A DNA stretch of 64,000 nucleotides from Octopus sinensis (GCF_006345805.1 NC_043000.1:57970001-58034000), one strand, 5' to 3'; counted from the first letter of the stretch, positions 37,326 to 52,130 are shown. Translations and numbers: made by a program. The notes: generated by a model not told the origin, from the letters alone.

Positions 37326-40251
37326 TATATATATGTGTGTGTGTGTGTGTGTATACATACATAACAGAGAGAAAGAAAGAGAGATGGTTTAAATACTAAA
37401 AGGTTAAAGCAATCAGATCAGATCCCTAGTTTCTTTCCCAAGGTTTTCTTTGTTTTTGTCCCGGCAAGCAGTGACTAGCAGACATCTGGGCTGGGCTGAT
37501 ACCAAATCAATTTCACCCATGTGGAAGGACACCTGCAAAGGTCATAAGTACTGCTCTTCTTTTCTTCTGATTGATTTGTAATAAGAAGGAAAAATAAAAG
37601 ATTGTCAGCTGTTGATAAAATAAGCAGTCAGTTTAAATGATTAAGTCTCTTTCACCTCTTATAAGAAATCACTTAGAACACTGAGAAGTACCACTGAGTA
37701 AGAAAATGGTAAGCCATCAATGAGAAAAATTTGCAAATCAGTTTCGACTGCTGATTGAAGACATTTAACTTCATTTATATGGTTCATATTTTTGAAAAAG
37801 GCATAACCACCCTAACATCATAACTGCTAACATGTGTAGTTCTGAGATATACAGTAATATTATAATTGGTTACTTCTGACTGCTTCTACTCCAAAGTTGT
37901 CACTTATATTGTCAGTTTTAGAACTCAGAGACTCCTGAATGTCCTAATAATAGCAATAACTGAATGTACTTTATATAAAAGTAAAGAAATAGGTATTTAA
38001 AAAAAGTAAAGAAATATACAGACCTTTAGTTTTATTTTATTTTCAGAAAGTGTTTATTGAAAGAGTTTTGTCTTTGAAATATAGGTTAAAGAAATTGTAT
38101 TAAAAAACAGCAGCTGAGAAGAAGCAGTTTATTCAACCAGTTTTCAAAAGAAATAGTAATAGATCAAATGGAGGAAAATATAATTCTAAAATTCAGCCAG
38201 TGAATTTAGCATCTGGCTTTACTTGCCATTAACAGTGTTAGCCACTGATTGTTCTTTGGGTTCAAAAGAAAGTCAAGGTTATACTTAAATTGTATATAGA
38301 AATGAAATTAAAAAAAAAAACTAATGCTGTCCTTACAGTAAGTATTATCCAAGGAAAGGGGATATACACTGGTTTAAAAAAAATTTTTTAAGTCCCCTAC
38401 CCATCTGACATGCAATGAATCTTGCAAAGTCAGCAAATTATGCTAATTAAAAACCTACTTGCTTACCAACACTGATACAGCTATCTTCAAGAAATAGTAA
38501 AGCACTTTTGAAAACATTACTTTGCTAATTTCTTTCCCTGAGCAATAAATATTTCTATTACACATATCACTTCTGTGCAATCTCCAGTGAAAAAAAATCC
38601 ACAGCTTTTTAACAGTTGTAAATAATTATTCTTGATGTGTCTGTCACACCCACAATATTAGCAAACATGTCAACCTACAAAATATTTTCTATAACAAAAT
38701 ATATATGAAGGCTTGACCTATATTTGTATAAAAGATGTAGCATTATTTAATACAAGGTAGTAATTTAAGTCATTAATGTATTTCAAGGTTTCATTCGCTA
38801 TTGTCTAAACAATAAAGATAAGGCTTCACTCTCAATCTTAATGAAAATACTATTTCTTTTATTACAATGCGGAACAAACACACGCACAATCTACATATAC
38901 CTACACTGACTCATACACACATACATAACAAGGAAAAAAGTTTCAATATAAAAAAAAAAAATTAGTCCAAAATTAATTTCATTCCTTTTCCTGGTAGTGT
39001 ATATTTTATCATATGGTATTGGTAAGGTACCTTGCAACTCAAGTTTCACCTATGACATTTTGCTTTTCATCAATTTTGCAGAATCCTTGAATCACTGCTC
39101 TCCATCTCATAAAGCTACCATTTTTGCTATCTGTTTGTTTCCAACTTCAAACTGCACACACACAAACTCCTTACAAACTCTTCTTCCAGCGGCCTCAACA
39201 CCACATACATGCACGTAAACTTTTCTAATCACTCCAACATAATCACATGACCAAAACTGATAGAATCAATTCCATTAGTGCAAAAACAGAATACTTTAGC
39301 ATTAGGTTATATTGTCATCAAAATCTTCGTTCTTCCATTCTATTCAAAAATGTATGCCAGTCTATTGCCACATGTTGTAGTGTTCAGTTCTCGAGAAATG
39401 TGACTCATTTTGGAATACTTCACATACCTGGAACAGTGCTGCAGTCATACACAAGTATCTTAGACTTCATATAAAAAAAAATATATAACTCAGATGATAG
39501 GCAAAGACTTGGCTAGTGATATATGACAGCTATTAGCTTATAAATGTCTCTTCTATTTCTTCCAATTTTGTTCTGAATTAATAAGCTGCACACTTCTTCC
39601 ATCCCACCTCAATTAACTAAATTTAATGCCTTTTGGTGGAAAATGGCTTGGGAGAGTGGTAACTGATGCTGTGATATATTATCTACCCAAGCGTTTTATA
39701 TTTTTTTCCATGTGTTTCTTGATTTTTATGCATGCATATGTTAGCATGATGCTCCTTTGAATTTTACATGGAAATTTTCATTTTGTTAGATTGATGTATT
39801 ATGGTTTTAAAAGCTGACAGTGCAAATCCTAATGATTCTGCAACAACACTTTTCTTTTTACCTCCCTTCACTCTTTCTATAACAACTTTTAGTTTGGTAT
39901 CTAATAATATTTTTTAATGTTTATATGATGTGATAGGATAATAAGACTACAGAATTATTTGAAAAAGAATAACTATACTTTAAGAAATTACAAAATTGCT
40001 ATACAGTATGATGAAGAATGAAACAGGATAAATCTGAATGCAAAAGCAAACCAAGTGTGATTAACTGATTACTTTCTTTTGTACATGCTAATAAAGCAAT
40101 GAGATGGTTCCCTAAAACAAAGGAAATTTCAGGGGACAGCCAAGCAATGAGAATAACCTTTTTATGGGGATTTTGGAGGCAAACTTGATGCAATATTATG
40201 TTTTGTTATAAGTTTTCATTCACAAAGGAAACAAAACATGGTATTGGTGTA

Positions 40252-41340
40252 CAGGGTGTGTAAGCTATTTAAGGACATACCTTTTTGGGGTCATTGCTGC
40301 ATTTTTTGCTCTGTATAATCTTTTTTTCAGAAAATAATAACGGCAGACCTTCAGCTTACTAAAGAAATGAGAAGGCATGCTGATTGTGGCTATAAAGGCT
40401 GAGCATAGCGATTTAGAAATATCTTGATTTTTTAAAAGTTGACAGATCTTTTGTCTACAAAGTTTGCAAGGAGTTAGCAATTGAAGATGGAAACATATCA
40501 CCAGTATCAAAGCATAAAAAGTATTCTAAATGCTCTGAAATCATCAGAACACCTGAATTTATCCAGCAAGTTCAACAGATCATTGATTACAATCCCAGAA
40601 CTCTATGTGTCAGAAGGAACAGTCAGAAATGTTGTCCACGAAGACATCAGATATAAGTTTTATATGAGGAAGAAAGGTCAATTTGTCAGAAAAAGCAACA
40701 GAAAACCATTACATAAGATATTAAAGGTTCTTAAACAAACGTAAAAACCCAACAGAAGATTTGATTTGGTTCTTCTCAAAGAAGAAAAACTTCGACCAAG
40801 GTCAAAAAGTTAACAAAAGAAACGGCAGATGGTTATTTGCAGACCCTTCTGAAGTTCCAAATGTTATGCTTACAAAATTTCCTGCAACTGTCATGGTTTT
40901 AGGGCTTGTCAGCAATGAAGGACATGTGATGCTTCCTTACTTCTTTCCACAAGGCCTTAGAGTTAACTCTGCTGTCTACATTGAGGTCCTGGAAATAATT
41001 GTTAAACCCTGAATAGACAGTATATGCAATGGAAGGCCATATGTGTTTCAGTAAGACTCTGCACTAACACACATGGCTCTAGTAACACAGGACAGGATGG
41101 CTGAAAAATTTCCTGATCACATAACCCCTAACATTTCGCCTCCTAATTTCCCAGATCTCAATATATTGGACTACTACATGTGGAGCATTGTTAAGAGAGA
41201 GGTCAATGAACATGCCCATAACATGAAAGATTCTTTGAAAGCTGCCATAGTCAGAATAATATCCAAAATGAAACAGGACCACTTGATTCGAGCATGTAGC
41301 TGATTTAGATCTCATATAGAAGTAGTTGTTGAAACTGAAG
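40252..41340 (+). mobile_element. Decayed DD37D (maT-type) Tc1/mariner transposon
   Basis: TA-cagggtgtg left end. Interrupted transposase VSEGTVRNVVHEDIRYK / WFFSKKKNFDQ / VMVLGLVSNEG / VFQ*DSA..FPDLNILDYY, with 37 residues between the 2nd and 3rd Asp. No right TIR seen. Confidence 0.85.
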
Positions 41341-41418
41341 TTTCAGGATGTCTCCCTCTATCCCATCAGTCTCAAAGGCCCAGTAATGTGTCATGGGCAC
41401 TGCTTACCCTCTTGAGTA

Positions 41419-41457
<39 letters not shown>

Positions 41458-44400
41458 AAAATTCATGTTGGGTATTTGTTTGATTTTAATATATTATTTC
41501 CTTTAATTCTATTTTTAATTTAGAATAACAGTCTGGAATGATGGATGGATGGATTCTAGAATGCAAAATCACCATACACTCTTGTGAAGTTTTTGTAAAT
41601 CTCTTTGAAATGTGAATATGCTATAACTAACTTTTTTTTATATAAAAATTGTATCAGTTCTTGTAGTGTGTACCTGATAAAATATCCTCTTGACATATTT
41701 CAATTACAAATACAGTATCAAACATTGAAGATGTTTTTCTTTAAAATTTGCAGATGTCTTCAACATAGACAGCACAGCATTTGTTCAGTAAATAGCTAAG
41801 TACTTCTCTCTTTTTCTTTATTCACAATTTCATGCTTGCTGAGTTACATTTCTTCTGAAGATTTTATTACAGAAAATTCAAATCTTCAAATAATTTTATG
41901 CTTAGTTAATTTAGCAATTATCATTGGTTGTTTTGATTTTTTACTATATATTCTCTTGAATGGAATAGAGTTTGTTTTAAATCAATAACATTTCATTTAT
42001 ATTCAATGTTATGCATACAAGCAACAAATGAAAAGTTAGTTATTATAAAAGAGATTCATACAATCATAAAAGGTAACTTTTCTGCTGGACTAAAATACAG
42101 GAAAGAATTTATGTTCATCTCTCATCAGCAAGGACATCTTAGCAGCATTATAGGCCCCCAGGCAAACCATGCAATGGACCTTACAACATTTATTTATTGA
42201 CAACAAATCACAGCATATATAGCTTAGAATTAGGTCCCTAGACCTGTGAAGCCCCTGGGCAATTATCCAATGTGTCTATACCTTAAGACAGCACTGCTTA
42301 TCAGACAAAGAAACTGCACAGTAACTTTACAATAGCAATTTTAGGGGAGGGGTAAGTCAATTACATCAACCCCAGTGTTCAACTGGTGCATATTTTATCA
42401 ACTCTGAAAGAATGAAAGTCAAAGTTGAGCTTGTTGTAACTTGAACTCAGACTATAGACGGACAAAATGACACTAATCATTTTGCTTAGTGTGCTAATGA
42501 TTCTGCCAGCTTGCCAACTTAATAGCTTCAAATATTAAATCAGAAAGTATTAAGAAAACTCAAGCAAAAATTTTTAATATTTACAATAAGCAACATCAGC
42601 AACATAATGAATAAAGCAAAATAGTTTTATCTAGATCACATGTCTAAAACTAAATCAGCTTAGTAAGGTGGAACGCTGGTTGTAAACTGAAATACAGTTA
42701 TTTCTACTGCTCTAGAAATCTTATCCAACAATCTTTTTTTTTTAACACTGTCAGAAGACATAGGTAGAAGTAATTCCTTTGAGTAATACATAAATTAAAA
42801 ATGTGAGAAACTCACTGAATTCATTAAAATCATTTTAAAAGTAAAACTACATTTATTACAGAAAGGAAATGGTTTTATTGTCATCTAAAATAAGGAACAA
42901 ATGAATACATGACGAGCATTTTAAACAATTAGATAAAAAATTGCAAAACTAGACTGAATAATTGCCTGAAGAACAATAAGTTCTTAATTTGTTGAGTTTT
43001 TAGTGAAACTAGCTGGAAATTGATGGGTAGAATCAGAGATATTTGATTGAAATAATTTGTTATGAATGATTGTGGGTGTTAGACACTATCTGCCACAAAG
43101 CTTAAAACTCCTTTCTGGTCTCTGGGTGCCTTTAGCAGTGTCCATTCTGTTGCAAGTATCTGAACCAGGTGTCCAATCTGAAGATGACTTGATATCTTGA
43201 GGTGCTCCCTCATGAGTCTTGGAAGCCCTTCAAAAGTTATGGATGTTGCCTTCCCTGTTGTTAGTTAGAAAATAAATTACTTTAATGCTCCTATATTGAC
43301 TTCAGTTTACAACATAAAAGTGCATGCTTAATTACTTATAGGAGAGGAAAAATTAGGCTAGATATGTGACATTCATTTTCTTCTTAATACTTTGATTGTT
43401 CTGTGTATCACATGTGATACACTCTGGGGAACATGCATCATATAAGTGTTACACATTCCCAATTTTACTCAACCACCAGAGTAACTTAGGACTTATGGAA
43501 GTAAAGCTTTAAATCACTCAGAATGTATGAAACAAAGACTAACTAAAAGTCTGATAGCAAGCATGGCTGTTTAGGACAAACTTTGGACATGCAAAAGGTT
43601 AAGAGTATGGCAAACATAAACTATGCCAAATGGAAGCAAGTCTGGATCTTTCCTTTTCTCTACAGCACCCAACACTATTTGGTAAGAGCTAATATCAAAC
43701 AATATTCTACAACTAACCAATTGTCCTTATATACAGACTGTTCTACAAAATAATGAGTGAGAGTTATCTAAATCATATGCAAATACCAAAACTAATATGT
43801 ACATATAAATAAACATTTAAGAACAATTAATTGACAAGCAGTTAGTGATAGCTGGGTATTTATTACCCAAAAGTATATTTATCTCTTAAATTAGTGATTA
43901 AAGTAGAACCAACTGTTTGATAATCTAATGAAACAATTTAGATTAGCTAAATTGTTTCAACAAGCATCACTCTAATAGGATTTAGCTAAAGCTGGTAGAG
44001 ATGAACCGTTTAAGAAACTGGCTCTGAAAAGACTACTATGTTCTAATACACACAAACTTTTGTTTTATATATATATATATATATATAGGCAGTCTAATGA
44101 TGACTTAGCTGGCCAAAACTTCAAAGTCAGTGTCAAAAATATTCTTGTTTAAGAATAAAAAATTTGTACTCAATGAAAGTATAGAGCAAGCCAACCGATA
44201 AATGTAAAAATTGCTTCTATTATAACTAGCATAAAAACAAACGTACGTGTGTGTGTGCGTGTGTGTGTGTGTGTAGCTGCTCAGATAATTTTATTTATCA
44301 GTTTTGCACACTAGGGTTGGGGGAAAAAAACAATCTCAGCACTTATCAGAAGGGCTAGTATGAAAAGTATGGTAATGGTGCTCTACTACTAAAAACTAAG

Positions 44401-44664
44401 AAGTGTCACATCTAGTTTGTGTGCATTGTGAAAAACCAAAACAAAAAGATCTGTAGGAGAAGTTTAGAGGAGAAATCCATCTAGAGTTATGTCCTTTGCA
44501 CAAGGGTCAGCATGTCTTCACAATGTAAGGAAGTAAATGAATGAAACAGTCTTCTGTAAATATTAATATACCAACTCTATTGACAAATATATGTGTGCCT
44601 GTTTTTATTTTTGACTTATGAATTCTGATGACAGACAGATGTTAAATGATGATTATATATATAA

Positions 44665-45159
44665 GTAAGTGCACCCTTTTAAAGCCTAGCCAGACTCATG
44701 GGCCCGGTTTCCCGGTTTCAATGGGGTATGTGTTCCCCAGCTGGATGGGACGCCAGTCCATTGCAGCATTACTCATTTTTGCCAACTGAGCAGACTGGAG
44801 CAATGTGAAATAAAGTGTTTTGCTCAAGAACACAATGCGTCGCCCGGTCCAGGAATCGAAACCACAATCTTATGATCATGATGCTGACACCCTAATCACT
44901 AAGCCCATGCCTCCACAAATGCACCCTTTTAAAGCCTAGCTAGGCTCATGGGCCCGGTTTCCTGGTTTCTATGGTGTACGTGTTCCCCAGCTGGCCGGGA
45001 CGCCAGTCCATTGCAGCGTTACTCATTTTTGCCAGATGAGTAGCATGGAGCAATGTGAAATGAAGTGTTTTGCTCAAGAACACAATGTGTCGTCCGGTCC
45101 AGGAATCGAAACCACGATCATGATGCTGACACCCTAATCACTAAGCCATGCGCCTCCAC
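44665..45159 (-). mobile_element. Head-to-tail dimer of SINE family D
   Basis: Two ~245-bp copies abut at ~44916. Both are flanked by gattatatatata (44651-44663 and from 45160). Confidence 0.85.
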
Positions 45160-46341
45160 GATTATATATATATATATATATACATACATAAACATACATA
45201 TATACATAAACAACTAGTTGTGCATGGTCCAGTTTGAATTACATTAAATTTTAATTATGTTACTTGATAACTAGATTCTTGTTTGAAGTGCATACAGCAG
45301 GTTCCTCTTGATTCTTTGAATCCAATTTTTACATGCTATATATGTGTGTGTGTATACACATACATACATTCACACTGATTAGTGTGTGTGTGTGAAAGTA
45401 TGTATTCTCCTGCCAATTTCAACATTTGGATGTCCATTTGTTTGATCAGCTAGACAACCTACTCATTGAATTAGTGTGCAAAGTGACTGAGTATTCCACA
45501 GACCTGTGTACCCTTAATGTAATTTTAAAGTAGAATCAGTGTGACACAGTGTGTACACAGTTTCTACTAAAATTCACACACAAGTTTTGAATTAACCCAA
45601 AGCTGTGTTGTAAACACTTGCCCAAGATTTCCATACAGCAGGACTGAACTCAGGATCTTATGGTTAAGAAATGAACTTCTTAGCCATTCAACCATACTTG
45701 CATCCGTTTTGTGTGTGCATGCACAAACTCACACACACACACACACGAGCACACACACACACACACACACACAGTTACATTGGTATATTTTCATTCATTC
45801 ATTCATGCACAAGCACATAATAACGAATACCTACATAAAGGTTAGAAATAGGTAAGCTTGGAACTGCAAAAAGAGCCAATAAAACTTATGAATAAAAAAA
45901 TGAAGGAAAATGGAGTTTTTTTTTTTCTTTTGAAAGAAGTTTGACAAAATGATCTTGATAGAAATGTTTTGAATAATATTTTGAAATAAATGAGAGAGAG
46001 AGAGAGAGAGAGAGTGAGAGAGAGAGAACTGAATGTGGGGGAAGAAAACATGTAGGAAAAAAATAAATATTTCAATGAATTGCAGTGAGATTATTGATGT
46101 GGCATCCAATCACAAATCTAAAATCCATCAGTAATGGATGTTTCTATGTACTGAGAGTAATCATCAACAGATTTAATCAATGAAAGAATAAACACTATGT
46201 TGATTTGTAGTGTCAATGTTGTCTTGCTGTTCTTGTTTAACCCCAGGTCAACTCTGATCAAACAAACCAAACAAATCTAGCTGTGACCATCATGTTTTGG
46301 TCTGTTTAATTATTGTTTTTGTTCTTTTCTTTTTATCAAAA

Positions 46342-46730
46342 ACTAGCAGTATTGCCCGGCGTTGCTCGTTTTTTTCAACCCTTTAGAATTGGAATTTTTG
46401 AAAAGTAAAAATTTTGCATTATGTAGCTTGTTATTCTCTTTAAGTGAACATTTTTCTGGTTGAAATACATCGAAAAATGGCGACACAGCAGTAAAAAAAT
46501 TGTAAAAAAATAGGGATTTTCAAAGAAAATAAGCACCTTTTTGATGTAAATAATTTTTGATCTTAACATGGTCCAATTTGAATTTTTTCTTCTCCGGAAA
46601 GAAGAGCAAACCTTCTATCATACTCTCAATTTTGGTCAACTTGCACCGCAGGGTCTCAGAGGAGATAGTGTTAGTTGAAGGCTACCAAACCTGCCATACA
46701 CAGACAACTTCAGCTTTATATATATAGAGA
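46342..46730 (+). mobile_element. Helitron-like non-autonomous element (Lep1/HINE-type)
   Basis: 5' end actagcagtattgcccggcgttgctcg and 3' end acacagacaacttcagctttatatatatagag. Confidence 0.55.
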
Positions 46731-47269
46731 TTACACTGTTCTGTGTTTTGCCTTTTTCTCAAGACAGTAGAATGTGATTTTGAGAGAGATTTGCTTTTTA
46801 GCTACGTCACTTGTGCTATTCGCTTTTTTGGTTCTTGTGTTTAATTCCATTCTGTGTCCTATGCATGAAGTTTGGATTACCATTGCTGTCTTCTTTTGCC
46901 TGATTTACTGTTGCTGCATTTTGTCTCCTCCTTTACTCTATTCTGTTGAGCTTGGTGCACCTGAGCACTGAATGCAATAAGCTCATTTTTATTAGAGTTT
47001 TATATCTGAAGAAAGACAAAATGAGGGCATGTGTACACGGTCCCATGACTTGATAGAAAAGACTATCAAATTGTCTCAAATCATACTCTGCTGTCTTAAA
47101 TAAAGAGACACAATAGATAATGCAGTTCTATATAGCAATAAAAAGATGGATGGCTATAGTGAGTCTTTGAGCATAAGTCTGCTTCATCAGGGCATACTTG
47201 GAGCTAAGCAATATTAAAAATACTTGTATGTATATACGCATACAAATGATTTTTTTTTTATATCTTCAG

Positions 47270-47326
47270 AACTTGACATTGTTAGTATTGATGATCTTTT
47301 CAGAGAAAGATTAGCCCTAAACTGGT
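47270..47326 (+). CDS. Candidate 57-nt phase 1-1 coding exon (xLDIVSIDDLFRERLALNWx)
   Basis: Acceptor ttttttttttatatcttcag, donor ggt|gtaagt. Only one frame is open, and it is phase-compatible with 30631-30728. Confidence 0.45.
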
Positions 47327-48532
47327 GTAAGTTTTACAGTCTAGTACATTTGACTGGCAACAAATGTATGTTGTGAATAAAGCAATTTGTCAAGAGCATT
47401 AATGAGTCAATCAGCAAAGTATTAAGCTTAGGAAATTTCAGGGTTCTGACATCGGTTTCTGCATAGGAGAAAATAAAAGGCTTAATAGAAAAGAAAAAAA
47501 AAATCTAAAGTGGAGCATTTAAGCCAGCTAAACATTGATTTGACAACTTTGGATGAAAGAATGTATGTTATGTATGAGCAGTTTTTCCTCACTTAAATCC
47601 AATTATAGTATTAAGTCATGTTTGAGTAAACGATGTGATCATCAGAATATCAATAAATAGACTTATTTTAGTACAGTTTGAGTTATAAAGGAAGTAATAG
47701 CAAGGTTATTTTTTCTTCCTCTTATTTTGTTTTTTACTACCCCATGCTGTCTATTTCCTATTTATCTTATATCCAAATTTACTTTATACTATGCTTGGTA
47801 CCAACTCTGAAATGCCAAATATACTTTACTTCACATAGACCTTGAAATGAATAAACATGCCAAATAACAATACCAAGTAAATATGGAAGGAGGAAATATA
47901 ATAGGGTAAATAGGGGTAAAAGCAGGAAATACAACCAACATTTAGCCCATATTTTAAATACTAAATTATAATGAAGGATATGTTATATGTTAAACTTGAG
48001 TTACGAATGAACCAGGCTATTAACTCTTCCAGACTATACAGTAAATAAATTACTAAGTAGGTCTTTTTTCCATGTATTTACATAGTTAATTAAATAAAAC
48101 TGCATGGTCAAACATTAATGATGAAATAATGAATATTTTCCAGACAAGTGTTTACAACTCAAAGCATTTATACATGTTTATTGGTTCCAGTCAGTGGGTC
48201 ATGACCATGTTGAGTATAAAAGAATTTTTTCCCTCAAATCTGTAATTTTGTAACTGTTTTTCTACAAGATATATATATATATTTATGTGGCCTTTACACT
48301 ATTTGTATATAGTCATTGACTGGTAATTCAATTTGCCTTGGATTCAATTTGGGCATGTGACATTGATAAGCCACAAAGATGTCAAAATATTGATATCCAT
48401 CACTCCTGAACAGGATTTGGGGTGAGGTCTTAACACCTGGTGCTTTGAGGGAGTCATCCCCACCTTGCTAAACCATAGCCTACTGGCAAACAAGCAAAGT
48501 ACATGCATTGTGTATGTACAATTGGTAATGTA

Positions 48533-48570
<38 letters not shown>

Positions 48571-48588
48571 TGTGCGTGTGTATGTATT

Positions 48589-48621
<33 letters not shown>

Positions 48622-49639
48622 CATTGCTACTGCTTCTGAAAATTTCTATTACAAATAATTTTAGAATAGCTTATAAAGTTGGATGAGTGTAGCAAATCTT
48701 TCAAGAAAACAACATCTGAATAGCTATAAAAACAGCTACAACATAATCCACTTGGCAGTCTAGCAAATTTAACCAAGATTTGTATTTTTATGAGTTAATC
48801 AGAGGAAGATGAGAGATGTAGTGCCTATGACTCTTACAGACCCATCAGAGATTAAGATATGAGAAAGCAGATTATAATATTTTTAACCATAATTTTTTTA
48901 GAATATTTTAGTCATCCCAAAGAGGAAAAGAGAAATAAAGCTTCCATGATGCAAGTAATCAAAAGCGCATATTAAAATATTTAAAAAATACAAAATCAAA
49001 GATGTGTGAGACGTGTATAATCTACAGAATGAGTAATGCAAAGCTAGAAGACAGACTGTATTTAAAGAAGATAAAAATAAATATTTGGGAATTAAAAAGG
49101 TACACTGTGTCCCTTGTGTGAGATAATTTTGGTAGTGAGCCTATGTTATGAGAACTGAATGGAGGAATGCTCCAAAAGAAGTAGGCCAAAAATGAAATAA
49201 ATATCTGAAAGGATTTTATTGTATGCACTAGCCTAAAATAACAGGGTAACGAAACCCAATAAAGACAGGATTGACTGTAAAGGCATGGAATACTGTAAAA
49301 CCCCCTCTGAAATTTGCTACAATAAGCATAACATGGTAACATTATGTTGTTGTTCAAATGAACAGAAAGAGCAACAAAATCTTCTTTAAATTATACACTA
49401 ATATTTTAAGAGAAATAAAGTGTACATTGAATAATGAGATCATGGACACACTGATATAAAAAAAATAGGTGATCACAAGTGAAAAACTTTATATCAAGGA
49501 ACTATTAGATAGGAGCTGACTCGGGAATAAAGACCAACAACCTATAGAGAGAAGCATACACACGATAAATATGCATACATGACAATATATGTATATACAA
49601 ATACATATGTATACAAATAATATGCATACATATACATAT

Positions 49640-50370
<731 letters not shown>

Positions 50371-50589
50371 AAATAAATACAGTGTACATTTAAACACATT
50401 AAATGGTTTCCATCATAGGAATCCCTTACGCTAGAAGGAACAGCTAAAGTCCAAAACACTAATTAGGGATAAATTCTCGAAGGGAATGATAAATAAAAAC
50501 ATTTACCATATATTTCCAGGAAATAGATGGTAAATGTTTTTATTTTTCATTCCCTTCGAGTTTCGAAGGATACAGCCGTGCACTCACTT

Positions 50590-51044
50590 TAAATGTCAGG
50601 TCTTCACAGTCACACATATCTCCAGAGGTCTCAGTCTTTCATCATTGCCTCTGTAAGACCCAACATTCGAAGGTCATGCTTGACCACCTCATCCCATGTC
50701 TTCCTGGGTCTACCTCTACTCTGGATTCCTTTTTGGGAGTGTCACTTCTTCACACATCTCTTCTCATCCATCCATAGTACATGACCATACCAGCACGAAC
50801 ATCTCTCTTGCATGCCACATCCTATGCTTCTTGTGTCCAACATTTCTCTCAGGGCACTTACACTGTCGTGTGTGCACACTGACATTACACATCCAGCGGA
50901 TCATGCTAGCTTCGTTTCTTTTGAGCCTACGCATGTCCTCTGCAGTCACAGCCCATGTTTCACTACTGTGGAGTATGGCAGTTCACACACATGAATCATA
51001 CAATCTATCTTTCACTCTGAGAGAGAGGCCCTTTGTCACTACTG
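50590..51044 (-). mobile_element. RTE LINE ORF2 C-terminal fragment
   Basis: VVTKGLSLRVKDRLYDSCV*TAILHSSETWAVTAEDMRRLKRNEASMIRWMCNVSVH ... GRPRKTWDEVVKHDLRMLGLTEAM. Confidence 0.85.
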
Positions 51045-51485
51045 TGTGAAAAAGGGCTACACCCTAGCGGTTGAGGGAACCTGTGGAAGAGGTAGACCCA
51101 GGAAGACCTGGGATGAGGTGATGAAGCATGATCTTCAAACATTGGGCCTCACCGAGGCAATGACTAGTGATCAGGACCTTTGGAAATATGCTGTGCTTGA
51201 GAAGCCTCGGCAAGCCAAGTGAGATCATAACCTCATGGCCTATGCCAGGGGCGTAACCACCCCACTTATGCATACCTTTCCTTCATTGGACACTAAATTC
51301 TGCTTGCGAAGACCTGTTGAAGCAAGTGAAATCAAAATCAAATTCGATGACTGGCATCTGTGCTAGTGGAGCGCTAAGAGTACCATCCGAGCGTGATTGT
51401 TGTCAGAGCAACAAACTGGCTTCTGTGCCGGTGGCACGTAAAAAGCACCATTCAAGCGTGATCGTTACCTGCATTGCCTTGACTA
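51045..51485 (+). mobile_element. RTE LINE 3' fragment (ORF2 end plus 3' UTR)
   Basis: LAVEGTCGRGRPRKTWDEVMKHDLQTLGLTEAMTSDQDLWKYAVLEKPRQAK*, followed by a UTR related to 7795-8160. Confidence 0.85.
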
Positions 51486-51534
51486 TTAATTGTCATAGAG
51501 GGAAACCATTGGGCTGGTGGATTTCCAAGATATA

Positions 51535-52130
51535 GCTCTTACCCCCGATCATCACAGATCCTCCTTCGTGTTTAACAGTTAGAAGAAGGCAGTCTGGGTC
51601 AAATGCTTCTTTCGGCTTTCTCTCCATGTATACTCAGCCGATGGTTGGAAATAAGGTAAAGGATGACTCGTCCAAGAAAATAACATTCTTCCACTGCTCT
51701 AGGGACCAATTCTGTAGGTTCTTGCTCCACTCTAAATGCTCTGCAATGTTTGTTTTTGAAAGTAGTGGTTTTCTGATTGCAGCCCTCTCGTGAAATTCAG
51801 CTTTGTGCAGCTCCCAGCAAACAGTTTTTGTGGAAACTGAGTTCTCAAGGTGGTCATTAAGCTCTGCAGTAATTTTGGGAGCTGTACATTGTGATCCTTT
51901 CGAACAATTTGCGTAAGAATTCGACAGTCCCTATGTGTAAGTTTTGCTTCTCTTCCGGAGTTTTGTTTCGATGTGGAAGTTTTTCCCTCTCTCTCAAAGG
52001 GTGTCGTTACTTTCGAGACAGTACTTCTTGATACACCAAACATTTTGGCTACTTTCTTATGCTAGTGCTTGCCATACAAGCACCAACAATTTGACCTCTT
52101 TAAAGGTCCGATAGATCTGTTATTTCAATG
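51535..52130 (-). mobile_element. Tc1-family transposase fragment (HTH plus first catalytic Asp)
   Basis: MFGVSRSTVSKV..SGREAKLTHRD (HTH) and WSLEQWKNVIFLDESSFTLF..VKHEGGSVMIGG. Truncated before the 2nd Asp. Confidence 0.85.

Noticed and set aside
44488-44522. Possible second U6 fragment (tatgtcctttgcacaagggtcagcatgtcttc)
   Set aside because: It is too short and divergent to distinguish from chance by eye.
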